A stretch of 62,978 nt of DNA, filler included, from Hyphochytrium catenoides (taxonomy: Eukaryota > Protista > Hyphochytriomycota), in assembly GCA_900088475.1 (NCBI GenBank). It is 9 parts of 9 records of this genome, joined end to end, with 100 filler letters (N's around TTAATTAATTAA, not from the genome) between each part and the next. Parts side by side here need not be neighbours in the genome. Positions count along the whole stretch, not along the records: positions 48,288 to 50,855 come from FLMG01001942.1; positions 50,956 to 58,054 come from FLMG01002500.1; positions 58,155 to 61,202 come from FLMG01003153.1; 6 more parts are not named here. One strand, given 5' to 3'. Positions 48,288 to 60,087 of the stretch are shown here, in pieces (positions within the stretch are counted from its first letter, which is position 1; every line of letters begins with the position of its first letter). The translations under genes and the position numbers were made by a program. A model generated the notes under the pieces. That model had not been told where the DNA came from, searched no databases, and was given only the letters and a program-made list of their open reading frames with translations.

Positions 48288-50053
48288 AGCACGGATGGAC
48301 AGCAGGGGAAGATAGGTCATCGTAGGAGCCAAGAAGAAAAAATGAAAGGACCATTGAGTGCAATAGAGACAGGGAGAGAGAGCAAGAGGTCCAGCTTCGA
48401 AGCTTGCTAACCTAGCAGTGAACAAAAAAGAAGAGCAAGGAAATAAAGACAAAGAAAAGACAGAGAGAAGGGAACCATTTTAATACCTCTTCCACGCTAG
48501 AGAAGGTAGCATAGCAGTGTGTGCGAAAGCGGTCCATCCAAAATCCTCCTTCGACCAGCTGGCCATACTCCTCCATCAGCAGCTGAGAGAAGAGAGACAG
48601 AAGCTGAGTCCCATGCATCGTCCCACATTTCCTTCCTAGGTTCTTCATCTTTCCCCCTTTCTCTCTCTCTCTGCCTCTCTCCCTCTCTCGGTACTTTTGT
48701 TCTCAATCTCATGTTGAGACCTCACCTTAGCTTCCTGGAGAGGGAACGGTCGCACAAAGTTGTCTACTCGAAGTGTTCTGCTTGGGGGCTTGCTAAAAGA
48801 GCAGCAAGAGAGTTATTGCGTCGAGGGCAATTGTCACGAGTCAAAGAAAGAAGGAGAGGATGGTGAAAGCAGCCTAGCCTAGGGGCAAAGAAGGGAGACA
48901 AATAAACAGCAAACAGAGAGGAGATGGAAGGGAAAGATGCTTCTAAAGGTGACCAGATAGTACTGCCTAGATTGTTAATCTCTTGCGGAATGAGAGCAAG
49001 CTTCTCGGAAGATAGAGTTAGGTGAACAACACAGGGGAAGAGATGATATGGCGCAGACGAGAAGAATAGAGAGAAACAGGGAGAGAGAGAGACGGTGATA
49101 TTACCTTGAAGAAGGAGGCTCTTTGTCCTCCTGCGTCCTTGCTCGTTTCGCTCTCGGTATGGTCCTGGCTGCCTAATGGGACAGTAAAGGAGTAAGAAAA
49201 GACCAAGAGTGAGCTAGAAGAGTGGGAGCCAAGACAAGGAGGTTAAGGCAGAAACTGAAGTAAGGTGAGATACGGCGATACGGACAAAGGGGGAGAGAGG
49301 GAAAAAGGAAGAGAATTCAAACATCGGAGAGGAGGACAGAAGTTACCTTCTCATCCTTAGTGTCGTCTTCTGTCTTGATCCTGCCTTCACTGGCTGTCCC
49401 ATTGTCACCTTCTCCTTCCTTTCTCTCTTCTCGGTCAGAGGGCGACAGGGTCGCGGTCTCTTGCAGTCTAGCCACCAGCTCGGCCTGTACACAGGAAGTT
49501 CAGAGAGAGAAAGACAGATTAGAATGACGAGGATGGGATCACAGGATTTCGTCAGTAATGCAAACATGGAAAAGAGAGAGGGGCCGAGAGAGAGAGAGGG
49601 AGCGAGAAGCGTTCGGCAGGGGCTCAGCCAGGTAAAGCGAATAAATAGTCTTTCTTCAAAGAGTTTTCAGCTTTGTTAGGTCATCAGCGCCCTCTGCCAT
49701 CCTCTCCCTGCTCCTCATCTCCCTCAAGCTTTCTCCTTCTCTGAATTCCTCCGCTTATCTCGTATGAAAGCATCTCTTTCACTCTTCTCTCTCTCTCTCT
49801 CATGAAACTCTCTCTCCTACAAGAGGTGTTCCAACCTTGGTTCCTTCCGTGTCTAGGCCGAGCTCCTTTAACTTGCGCTTTAGCTCTGGCACCTAACCAG
49901 CAAACAGTCGTCAGGATGTGGAATGGACGCAAAACGAGAGAGAAAGGGACAGTGACACAGAGCAAAGAGATACAACTGAGATGAGAAGATACGGAGAGGC
50001 GAATTAAACAGACAAAGAAAGCTCCTCTCTACCTTCAACTTCCCGATCTCCAT
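48288..50053 (-). CDS. Acinus-like protein (SAP domain plus RRM), 3' end lost in the gap
   Basis: Spliced SAP domain MEIGKLK-VPELKRKLKELGLDTEGTK-AELVARLQE; Acinus-type RRM SRTLRVDNFVRPFPLQEAK-LMEEYGQLVEGGFWMDRFRTHCYATFSSVEE. Confidence 0.88.
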
Positions 50054-51922
50054 CTTTTCTCTTTTGGCAGTCAGAGCTTCATAGAGACGCGAACCACCAG
50101 CCGGCCCCGCGGTGAGAGACGAGGGGAGAGGCGAGAGAGAGAGAGAGAGTCTCTCTTTATCTTCTGAAGGCAAGCGGCCGGCTTTGCCCAGAGAGAAAGA
50201 AAAGATGTGTGGAAAGAGGAGACGCGGCCAGGGTTTGAGGTTCCAGTGGCGCAGCGCCGTTCACTTCACTCTTTCTAGCTGTCTTTCTCTGTCTCTTTCT
50301 TCATCTGTCTCTCTGGTTTTTCTCTCTCTGTCTCTCTTTCTCTCTCTCTCCATAACTCTGTCTCACATCTTCCCCCTGACTCTGTCTCTCTCTCTGTCTC
50401 CTACTCCTAAGCCCATCGGGACTCTTCCTTCCATTTTTCAAGCCTCTGTCTTGACAGCACAACACTGATTTATCGTAGATTAGCGTGTCTCTGTCTCTCT
50501 CCCTCCCAATGTCTCTTCGCAAGTGCAGTATCCAAACCTATTATTACTCTTTCTCGGTCACCTAGCTCTTATTTACTTTCGAATCATATCTCTAACCCTC
50601 TGTCTCTCAGGTCTGGCGAAATACATTCAGAATGGATCTGGTGATTGTCAGCTTGATTCGGCAACATCATATTCACTCATCCTGAATGAGGATACCGAAA
50701 ATACTTCTGGAGGAGTTCTGAGAGGCGCTGTTGTTCACACTTTGTTCTGATGGATTCTTGGCTCCTCTGCCAGCGATGATGAAGCTTCAGAATGGACAGA
50801 GCAGCAGCAGCAGCAGCAGCAGGTGACAGGGGGGAGAGAGAGAGAGAGAGAGAGANNNNNNNNNNNNNNNNNNNNNNNNNNNNNNNNNNNNNNNNNNNNT
50901 TAATTAATTAANNNNNNNNNNNNNNNNNNNNNNNNNNNNNNNNNNNNNNNNNNNNTTGGAGGAGGACATGAACCGCTTGTCACTAAGAAGAGCTTATTAA
51001 AGAAGTCCTTTCTACTCGATAGATTTTTGCTCGCAAGCATCTGGGTCGTGGCAATGTGACCTGCGTGGGGATGAATACGTACCCTTACCAGCTGCTTCTT
51101 GGTCTTCTTCCTCCTTCTTGTCTATGTCTTTCTTTGACTTCTCATCTCTGAATGGTTCTTCTTCTCTTGACCGGCCTCGCATCTTCTGTTGCCAAACAAA
51201 ATGTGGAGGCTGGCTCCGGGTTCTATGATAAGAACTAGCTATAGGAGCGATTTGAGTCCATCATTTCAAAGAGATCAGATATCATCACTCGCATTGCCGT
51301 CCATACCAAGAACTAGATGCGATTGTTGAAGAAGGGTGGTGATGATGGGAAAGGATGAAATAGTTAGACTACACGGCCCGCTTCATATTGAGTGGGATAG
51401 TCGTCTCAGTAAGGCAGCAAGAGCAAAAGCGGCAAAAGAGAGAGAAATGACAAAGTGTGCCAAGAGCTTCAGCATTGGCAGCCAGTAATCTTTTCCATGG
51501 CCGTCTTATGCCAGCGCGCCCCAGCAGCTCGACACCTTTAGCTCTCTCCAGCAAACTTTAAGGTCTGAGCGGTCCTTTCTTGAGGCAAAGCCGACCTGAT
51601 CTCCCTCATGCCACTGCTGCTGCATCCCCTTCATCTACAGCTGACTACGGTTGGCCTATTTGGGGTGGACTCTCTCCACAAGTAGTAGGCAGCCCACCTT
51701 GCTCCAAACTCTGTGACTCTCTCGCTCTCTCCCTCACTCCCCACAGTCTTACATCCGTGCGCCCCACTCTCTCACAATCTTTCTCGGGCTCTCTTTCTCA
51801 ATCTCTCTCCCTCGTATCGCCCTCCCTATCTCTGCCGCAATCACTTTCTCCTTTCCTCGTTATCTCTCTCCCGCTCTCCTCTTCTTTTGCTCTTCCTCCC
51901 TTTAGAATGATGATGTTTATCT

Positions 51923-52433
51923 GCGGATGTAACACTCCGGGTCTCACTTGTAGTTGCCACGCGTCTCTCTTAAAGCTTATAAAACCGTTCTTCCTCTATT
52001 ACGATCCTCCCTCTATTCCTCTTCTTTGTTCCTCAATACTCTTGTCACACTCTCTTCCAGTTCGTGTCCGGTGTCGTTTTAGGGTCGTTCTCTTGGTTCT
52101 CCCTATGACGGATCATTCGCTGCCTTTGCTCTGTGTGCAAATGCATTCATGCCTCAAAGAACGAGAGGGGCTCAAAGAGAAAGAGAGAGAGAGAGTTCAG
52201 AGGTCCTCAGCGGCACTATTTCCTTAGCACTTGTTTCTTTATTCTCTCGTTCGCACTATTTGAGCGTTCCAGATGCACGCTAGCCTAGCACCGACGATCT
52301 ATACTTAGCGACCCTGGCAGTCAAGACTTCCACGCCTTGCTAAAGCCAAGCAGACTTTTGTGATTGACAGCCTAGGCAAAAGGCAGCAGCCATGAAGAGA
52401 ACTATGTCGTTAGACTGGCAACTTTTCTAGTAG
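51923..52433 (+). repeat. Diverged repeat, inverted copy of about 57600-58054
   Basis: GCGGATGTAACACTCCGGGTCTC...CTTGTCACACTCT at 51923-52066 matches the reverse complement of 57911-58054; two further collinear blocks (AGAGGTCCTCAGC; TTCCAGATGCA...GGCAGCAGCCATGAAGAGAAC...GTTAGACTGGCAA). Confidence 0.85.
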
Positions 52434-53821
52434 GCGATCTCTCTCCTCTCTCTCCCGCTCCTCGTCTCCCTTTCTCTCTCTTTCTCTTCTCCTCTTCTCG
52501 ATGTCTCTAATACATCTTTTGTTACTCTCTCGCCTGCCTTTGAGGGCCTTCTCGCTTTTCTTCTAACTCCCACCTCTGCTTATTATTTATTTATCTCAAA
52601 GTCCCTGTTACTTTCTCTTCACTCTCTCTTTTCACTTGTCTCTCTCCCTCTCTTCCTGCTCGTCTGGTGTGTCTCTCCCCCTCTCCCTTCCCATGTCTCC
52701 CGCTTTACTTATGGCTGCCTCTCTCTCCGCCTTCTTCATTCCTCTTGGCACGCTCTCTCTTGTGCTCCCGCTAACTCTCCAATCCTTTTTCCTCCTCCGA
52801 CAAGATGTCCGTTCCTCCTCTTTTCTCTCTCTCAGCAGGATGCTTTCCTCAGAATACCGGTTATGAATTAGCGTCCCAGTCGAACACAACTAGCTCAGCT
52901 CAACTCCTTTCTATGGCAGAGTGATTTAGAGGCAAGAGCGAGAGTCATAATATTTGAACCAGAGTGTCTCTGACTGTATGTTGATGTTGGTTGACTGCGG
53001 TTGATTGACTGAAGGACACGACGCCACTCCAGCCTGGCAAGACGAAGAAGTAGCCGTACCAAGTTGAATCGTCATCAGTTCCTTCTCCTCTGTGGCCGCT
53101 TCTAAGAAGTTTAAACGAGGGACTTTTTACCTCGCTTCCTAACCATAAAAGCCGAGCTTCTCTTCTAGAATCTACCACGAGCGACAAGACATGTGTGTAC
53201 TACTTGTGCTGGCTGCTGGCAGCGAAGTGGTCAGAACCCGTCCCGTGGCTGTCGAGCCCATTCGTCTTGTCGAGCGAGATAGACCTTTCTTGTCATGATC
53301 CTTACTCTTCTTCTTCTCTCGCATTTGTCCCACCGTGCTATTACGTCTTTGTAGCGTTTAGAGCCTCTTGGAATGCTTCCCGAGACTCGTCTCTCTTGTG
53401 CGCTAATGGTAGGCGGCACAGAGGAAGCCTAGGAAAGAACACTCTAGCGCTAACCGAATTATAAGTATCAGCTTTCCTTTCCCTTGTGGCTTGAGCGTCA
53501 ACGTTTACCTAGTTCTGAGTCGGTTCTCTATCACCTCATTGCTCCTCTTTTTATTGGCTTTCCCTTCTATAGCACCCTTCCTCTCTCATGTCTCGTGTAT
53601 ACGTTTCTATAACAATTCCATATTCGTCAATCCCTTTCTTATGCTAAATGCTGTCCCTCTTTGTCACTTCGTTCAATCTTCATTGTTCACAGTGTAACAT
53701 TATAATATGAGAAGCTGCTGCAGCTCTCGAGAAAGTGTGAAAAAGAAGGTGTCCTATCTGTACCTTGGCTGGCCAGGCCTCAGTTCAGACAAGCACCACG
53801 CAGAGGAAGACTTGCGGGAAC

Positions 53822-56734
53822 GGTGGAATATCCAGGGAGGGATATTAGGTTTTCCTGGCGCGGGTGTAGGATGGGGCTGACCTCCTACGTCACTTTCAGA
53901 TTTCCTCCGCCGTCAGCCTCAGCCTCTGCCGCCTGCTCAAATCTAGACACGGCGGCAACGGATAGAAGAAGCAAAGCTGACTAGACCTATGCGCTGCCGC
54001 AGAACAGTCACAGATAAAGTTCCGTTAGCTACGAGAGGCCACCAGATGGCGAGCTTCTTACAGCTGACGATCCGTCAGCGCTTACGACAGGCCAACATCT
54101 GATGCTCTCATGGTGATTCCTTTTTTTAGTAGCCTTTAGGACAGGGCAACACAGCTCGCTCCTTAACAAGGGCAGAGAGACTGTCAGGGTAGCCTTAGCC
54201 AGCAGGTTAATACACCGCTCACCCGGTTCTCTCATAGACGTGATTCCTTCGTCCGCAGCCTTTAAAGCAGGCTTAGGGTCACTGCGCTCCTTACAGGCTT
54301 TGGCCGTCACGAAGGCGAGCTACTAAACGGCGCTACGTCGTGGTACTTACGACAGACTAATACTCGATTTGCTTCATCCAGGCGTGGTCTGCCAGCCTTA
54401 AGACAGATATCTCGCGGTTCGTCAGCCTTGAGAGAGGCTAACCGACGGCTCGCTTCTTACAGAAGGCGTGGGCCGCCAGCTAAAGGCAGGCAGGCTCCTA
54501 CACGGCGCTCCGTCACGGTACTTCAGGACAGGCAATAAATGGCTCGCCTTCTCCAGGCGTGGTCCGTCAGCCTGAAGACAAGCGACCGTACCGCTCGCTT
54601 CATACGAGTTTAGTTCCGTCAGCTTACTCAAGATGGCCTCGTACACGCTCGCCTCTTCCATGGGAGGTGCGTCAGCCTAAAACAGCTAGCACAAATTTCG
54701 CCTAGTCTAGCCATAGGTCCAACTATGCCAGGCTATCGCGCTCGCAAATTCCAGGGAAAGGTCTGTCAGAAGTAACACAAGCTCACCTACGGCTCGCTTA
54801 ATACAGTTGTAGATCCAAAGAAAAGATAGGTACGGCGTTCCTCTGGCAACCGCGGAGAGCCCATTGCAATTGCTAGTCGTCTGCGCCGGCTGGAGAACCG
54901 TAGTCTGACAGACTTTGCTATACAAATCACTGCGGGGGATGTGAGCGGTACCTTTCGCCATGTTCTACTCCACGCTGGGGCTTCCTAATTGGCCCGCTAC
55001 ACACCCAAGGCGAGGGATGGCATCACTGATTGTCTACGCCTTTCGGCTGGGCGAGCTCTCCAGGTTTTTCTATTGTCGCATATTCACTCAATGGCCAACA
55101 TACAGCGCCACGGCTCCCACGTGGCGGCGCCGGCAGCTGTCGGACGGCTGGGAACTCTAAGTCTCATTAACGGTGCCATGACCGTGTTTGGGTGAAGCCC
55201 AACAACCTTGGTACATGGTAGTGGAGGGTGTCCAGCCCGGAGTCAGGCCGTGATAATCGACAATGTACAAAGAGGAAAAGGAGTTGATTGGTTTCGGCGC
55301 GGCACAGACGGTCTAAGGTTTAGAGTAGGGTGTAGCTCTACGGCCAAGAGTGGTGGGGTGTAGCTCGCCGGCGCCAGTTTGCATACCATGGATGAAGGCC
55401 TTCTCTTCCTTCTGCCACCACACCTCCTCACTGGGTCTCATCATCGTGCTCCAACACAAGGTGGAGCAGCCGCCCAGCATTACCCGTCCCGTCACGTATT
55501 GAGGAGCCCTAACCACAGCGCAATTCGGTTAGCCACCTCCTACCTCTGTTCGGGCTCTTCGGCTCAGGAAGAATGTCGAGCATTTGCACCTACCTCTCTC
55601 CGGACTCTTCGGCTCAGGAAGGATGTCGAGTACTGTTGCGCGGGGCCAGTTACACCTCTGCTATTATCATTCTGCGGATCAACCTACCGTCACGAGACAG
55701 CTCTCGGAAAGGATGTAGATGATAGCGCAGGACAGAAACAGCTTAATTGGCCTACCACGCAAAACGCTTACCTCGGGAGAGGAGCTCATCATCGCTTACG
55801 GACTTTGGGGCCCATTCAGGCGAGCGAGAGTTAGCGAGAAGAGAGCCGACAACAGTCTCACTGCAACATGACGTTTCTCAGCTCTCAGAAACAACCAGCA
55901 GCAGCCAGCGGACTCACACCAGAACGGGTGATAACTAACAATCAAGCGGGCAGGAGTCTCTCAAATATTTAACTTGGGGCACACCACACAACCCAGCGCC
56001 ACTACTACTTACTCTTTGGGGCCCAAGAGCCTCCTGGGGCACACTCACAACCCAGCAGCGCTACAACCACTCAATACTTTGGGGCCAAGAGCCTCCCTTC
56101 GCTTGACCCAGCCAGGCGGTACGGAAAGGTCCCAGCAGGCTAGTAATATCAGACGCCGTGTGACCCCCACCCAGAGGCCTCTTATACATCTTTTCCGCTC
56201 TTGTCACGGCATCCGGGAGAGCAGAAGGAAAGGTGGAATATCCAGGGAGGGATATTAGGTTTTCCTGGCGCGGGTGTAGGATGGGGCTGACCTCCTCCTA
56301 CGTCACTTTCAGATTTCCTCCGTCAGCCTCAGCCTCTACCGCCTGCTCAAATCTAGACACGGCGGCAACGGATAGAAGAAGCAAAGCTGACTAGACCTAT
56401 GCGCTGCCGCAGAACAGTCAACCGCCCGCCCACCCATCGATGCGGCTTTCTTGGACCAATGCTAGAGGTAGATGATAGTAGGTATTTAGTTATGTAGGTG
56501 AGGTGGTAAGGAGTGCGTACTTAACGCTTAGTTGTTTTTCGTTAGTTAGTGAGTTAGGACACGGCTACTACTTATAATGCGCCTGGGCCAAGAGCCTCCC
56601 TTCGCTTGACCCAGCCAGGCGGTACGGAAAGGTCCCAGCAGGCTAGTAATATCAGACGCCGTGTGACCCCCACCCAGAGGCTTCTTATACATCTTTTCCG
56701 CTCTTGTCACGGCATCCGGGAGAGCAGAAGGAAA
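53822..56734 (+). mobile_element. Non-autonomous split-direct-repeat element (PAT/Ngaro/TOC1-like, tyrosine-recombinase retrotransposon order)
   Basis: A1 53822-54010 matches A2 56232-56420 (189 bp); B1 56082-56231 matches B2 56585-56734 (150 bp, one mismatch); order A1...B1A2..B2; no TSD; no RT or YR ORF. Confidence 0.8.
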
Positions 56735-57482
56735 ACGCGCAAGTAGCAAAGGGTCTTCTACTTCAGAAAGAAGTTTATTAACTGAGGTATAGAGGGTAAG
56801 AGGGCGTCTCCCTTGCGAGAGAGTCAGTCTACCTGAGAAATGCAAAGATAAACGAGTAACATGCAAGAGAAGTAGTGTCCACAGGCTATTCTATTAACAT
56901 GCAAAGAGAAAGAGAGAAGAAAGGGAAAAGGAAGAGAGCATCCTTCGTCAGAGCCATTCGTTGCCGACTTTAGTCGGGACTACCCGCCCTGAGAAGAGTA
57001 CTCTCAAAAAGGAGAGGCCACCTCCCATACACCGGTGGTCGATCCGTGTCCAGTGTGCAATCAGCAGGTGGTTAGCAGCCGTCAGAGGAGATATACATAT
57101 AACAGATAGAGCGGAAGAGAAGAGAAGGGGAGAGACAACCAGACAAACAGGAAGAGAGGCAGAGAGGAAGGTGAAAAGTGAGAGTGAAGAGAAAGTAACA
57201 GTGAGTTTGGGAGAAAATAATAAGCAGAGGTGGGAGATAGAAGAAAAGCGAGAAAGTCCCCAAAGGCAGGCGAAAGAGTAACGACAGAAAAGCAGATTGA
57301 GAGAGGAAGATTATATAAGTTCTGAAAGAAAGACCAGAAGAGAGAGTTGGAGAGAACAAAAAAAAAGGGACAGGTGGAACTGACCAAATGACCAAATAGA
57401 GAAGAAAGGCAGAGTACTAGTGCAAACTCTAAAAGAAGAGGTATTAGAGATATGGAGAAGAGGGGAAGAGAAAGAGAGAGAA

Positions 57483-57537
<55 letters not shown>

Positions 57538-57556
57538 AAGAGAGAGGGAGAGAGAA

Positions 57557-57590
<34 letters not shown>

Positions 57591-57599
57591 TGAGAGAGA

Positions 57600-58054
57600 C
57601 TACTAGACACTTTTGCCAGTCTAACTATCTCGTTCTCTTCATGGCTGCTGCCTAACCAGAAAAGACTGCTTGGCTTTGGCAGTGCAAGGAGGTCCTGAGC
57701 GCCAGCGTTGCTAAGTAGAGGTCGCCATGGTAGCCTAGCCTGCATCTGGAAAGTTCAAATGATGCAAAAGAGAGATGAAAGAATTAATGTTAATGAAGTA
57801 GTAGTGCTGCTGAGGACCTCTGCTGAATGCAACTGCTGCACATGGAGGAAAGGCAGAGAATGATTCCTCATAGAGAGAACCAAGAGAGTTAGTGTAACAA
57901 AAAGACAGGGCACGGACTGGGAAAGAGTGTGACAAGATTGTTGAGGAACAAAGAAGAGGAATAGAGGGAGGATCGTAGTAGAGGAAGAGCGACCCCATAA
58001 GCTTTAAGAGAGACGCGTGGCAACTACAGGAGAGACCCGGAGTGTTACATCCGC
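57600..58054 (-). repeat. Second (inverted) copy of the 51923-52433 repeat, cut by the contig end
   Basis: See 51923-52433; also visible in the ORF track as the shared peptide FLYYDPPSIPLLCSS. Confidence 0.85.
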
Positions 58055-58155
58055 NNNNNNNNNNNNNNNNNNNNNNNNNNNNNNNNNNNNNNNNNNNNTT
58101 AATTAATTAANNNNNNNNNNNNNNNNNNNNNNNNNNNNNNNNNNNNNNNNNNNNG

Positions 58156-60087
58156 GAAAGAGTTAACCGAAGTGTTGAAACCATGGGAGGATACCAAGCT
58201 TCCATGCAAGTCAATCTTACGGGCGATACCAGGAGTCTTACCCTTAGCGTTACTGAGCAAGTTGGAAGCGATCTTAACTTGGGCTTTATGAGGTGTATGG
58301 CGGTCGGCGAGTGTCCAAGTTTTGACTGGTCCTCACTAACCTCCGAAGGAGGAATTCGTGGCTGGCAAAAAACATCTCCTTGTGGAGACCTGAGTGTCCC
58401 CAGGACGCCCTTCAATCTTACATTTGGCGAAGCAAATCTGACCAACAACATTGATACTGGATTTGAGCAGAACCTTATATTGGATTTGTCATCCTTCACA
58501 ATCAGAGTACCCATAGGACTGGGTGGCGCCTGGAGGGCAGATCCAGCAACCAACATGTCACTGGATGAAGGGATGGAGGGCGGATCACAGTTTGTCTTGG
58601 AGAATTTTAGCTTTGCGGAGGCGCAAGTGAGCTTACCGGGGAACGTGATGGTTTGTACCCAAGATGAGGACAGTGGTCGTCAGCCTAGGTGCGGCCCGGG
58701 TATTTATGTAAAGGACACTTCAGATCTCTACGTCTCTGACCTCCTGCTGGCCTCCAGAAGAAACCTGGTGGATATCAGCGACATTGAATATACTACTGCA
58801 GGCGGGAGCACGGTGGAGATCAACCATGATATGATGGTGTTGGCCATGTCTGACGACGAACCTGCGCTCAATAGCACTGTTGCCTTCAGAGAAAAGATAT
58901 CTCTAAAATTAGCAGAGCTGAACTTGACTACACTGTACGATCGAGCGGTTGCAAGAGCTACTACCATTCTGCCTCTGACGTCAAGGAAGGTTATATATGA
59001 ATATGCCTCGGGAGATTGCGACAAGATAACAGCCAAGCGGTGTTTCTACTTCGTCGTGCTAGCCGTGGCAATGGAGTCTAGTTTGCCATCCAAATCAGAC
59101 CCCAGCAAGTATCGTACACTGCGTCGTATCGCTATAGCGACACTGTCGGCCGAGGTGAAGGAGGCACCCTATGACAGCGGCACACGTATCTGTCCCGAAC
59201 CCTTCTATTCATTTCCAGGTAGCTGGTTCAACAGGTTGAACCCCACTGGCTATGACGCGGCACGTGGATCATCCGGTGCTGCTCCCTCAGCCAACGACTC
59301 TTCGGCTAGCGACTTCACGTTAGTGCTTGACTCTACAGGCAGGATTATCCAAGTTGATAAAGTGCTAGTTCATGGCAAACCCACTTCAAGAACAACTTTT
59401 CTATCAACATCATCAACGCCATGGTACTATGCCTTCGATTTTGAATCGTGGAGTGAAGGTGAAGAGCTTATTGCTTCAGGAATATACCGTGACAAGATTA
59501 CTGGAGCGACGTACGACCTTGATGCGGTCGGTGTGGATCTAATTATGGCAGCCTATGATGTTAAAGTCGATGCCAGAGTCATGAAGACCTGGATCCGCAT
59601 TCCTTTCCTTTTCCTGGTCATTGTAGCGGGGATATGCCTCCTGGCGCTGGTAGCGGAGGTCCTCTCGCGTGCTCATGTGCCTCTCTTGTATCAAAGGAGC
59701 ATGTATGAACTGCTTTGCCTAATGGCAAAGCGGGAGGGCCCTGTTGACATCTATAACGACAACGACATGAAGAACCAAGAGACCGACAACAAACACAAAA
59801 GGAGTGAGCCTAAGGTCGAAGCTATGGCATGGGAGCTTGTTGGCAGGACAAATGTCACGGGGCGGGGTAACGACATGTACCTGAGTCCTGTAGGAATGGA
59901 CGAGGTAGTAACAATGCAGCAGATTCCTATAGGCCCTATTGATCGTCCAGGTACAACTTTATCGGAAATTGCCAAGCGCTCAGAAAGCAACGGTGCTGAT
60001 GCAACTGATGAGCAGGCTACGCTACCAGAACACTTACGCTATTGTAAGAACTACCACGTCATACTTAGCCCATCCCTTGAGCCATAG
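58156..60087 (+). CDS. Unknown membrane glycoprotein, intronless in the visible part, 5'-truncated
   Basis: Frame open from the gap; more than 634 aa; many N-x-S/T sequons and paired Cys; TM helix IPFLFLVIVAGICLLALVAEVL followed by a cytosolic tail. Confidence 0.75.
   Translation, partial: ERVNRSVETMGGYQASMQVNLTGDTRSLTLSVTEQVGSDLNLGFMRCMAVGECPSFDWSSLTSEGGIRGWQKTSPCGDLSVPRTPFNLTFGEANLTNNIDTGFEQNLILDLSSFTIRVPIGLGGAWRADPATNMSLDEGMEGGSQFVLENFSFAEAQVSLPGNVMVCTQDEDSGRQPRCGPGIYVKDTSDLYVSDLLLASRRNLVDISDIEYTTAGGSTVEINHDMMVLAMSDDEPALNSTVAFREKISLKLAELNLTTLYDRAVARATTILPLTSRKVIYEYASGDCDKITAKRCFYFVVLAVAMESSLPSKSDPSKYRTLRRIAIATLSAEVKEAPYDSGTRICPEPFYSFPGSWFNRLNPTGYDAARGSSGAAPSANDSSASDFTLVLDSTGRIIQVDKVLVHGKPTSRTTFLSTSSTPWYYAFDFESWSEGEELIASGIYRDKITGATYDLDAVGVDLIMAAYDVKVDARVMKTWIRIPFLFLVIVAGICLLALVAEVLSRAHVPLLYQRSMYELLCLMAKREGPVDIYNDNDMKNQETDNKHKRSEPKVEAMAWELVGRTNVTGRGNDMYLSPVGMDEVVTMQQIPIGPIDRPGTTLSEIAKRSESNGADATDEQATLPEHLRYCKNYHVILSPSLEP

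Noticed and set aside
53822-56420. Reading A1/A2 as ordinary LTRs of an LTR retrotransposon or TRIM
   Set aside because: No TG start, no TSD and no evident PBS; the extra B1/B2 pair fits split direct repeats better
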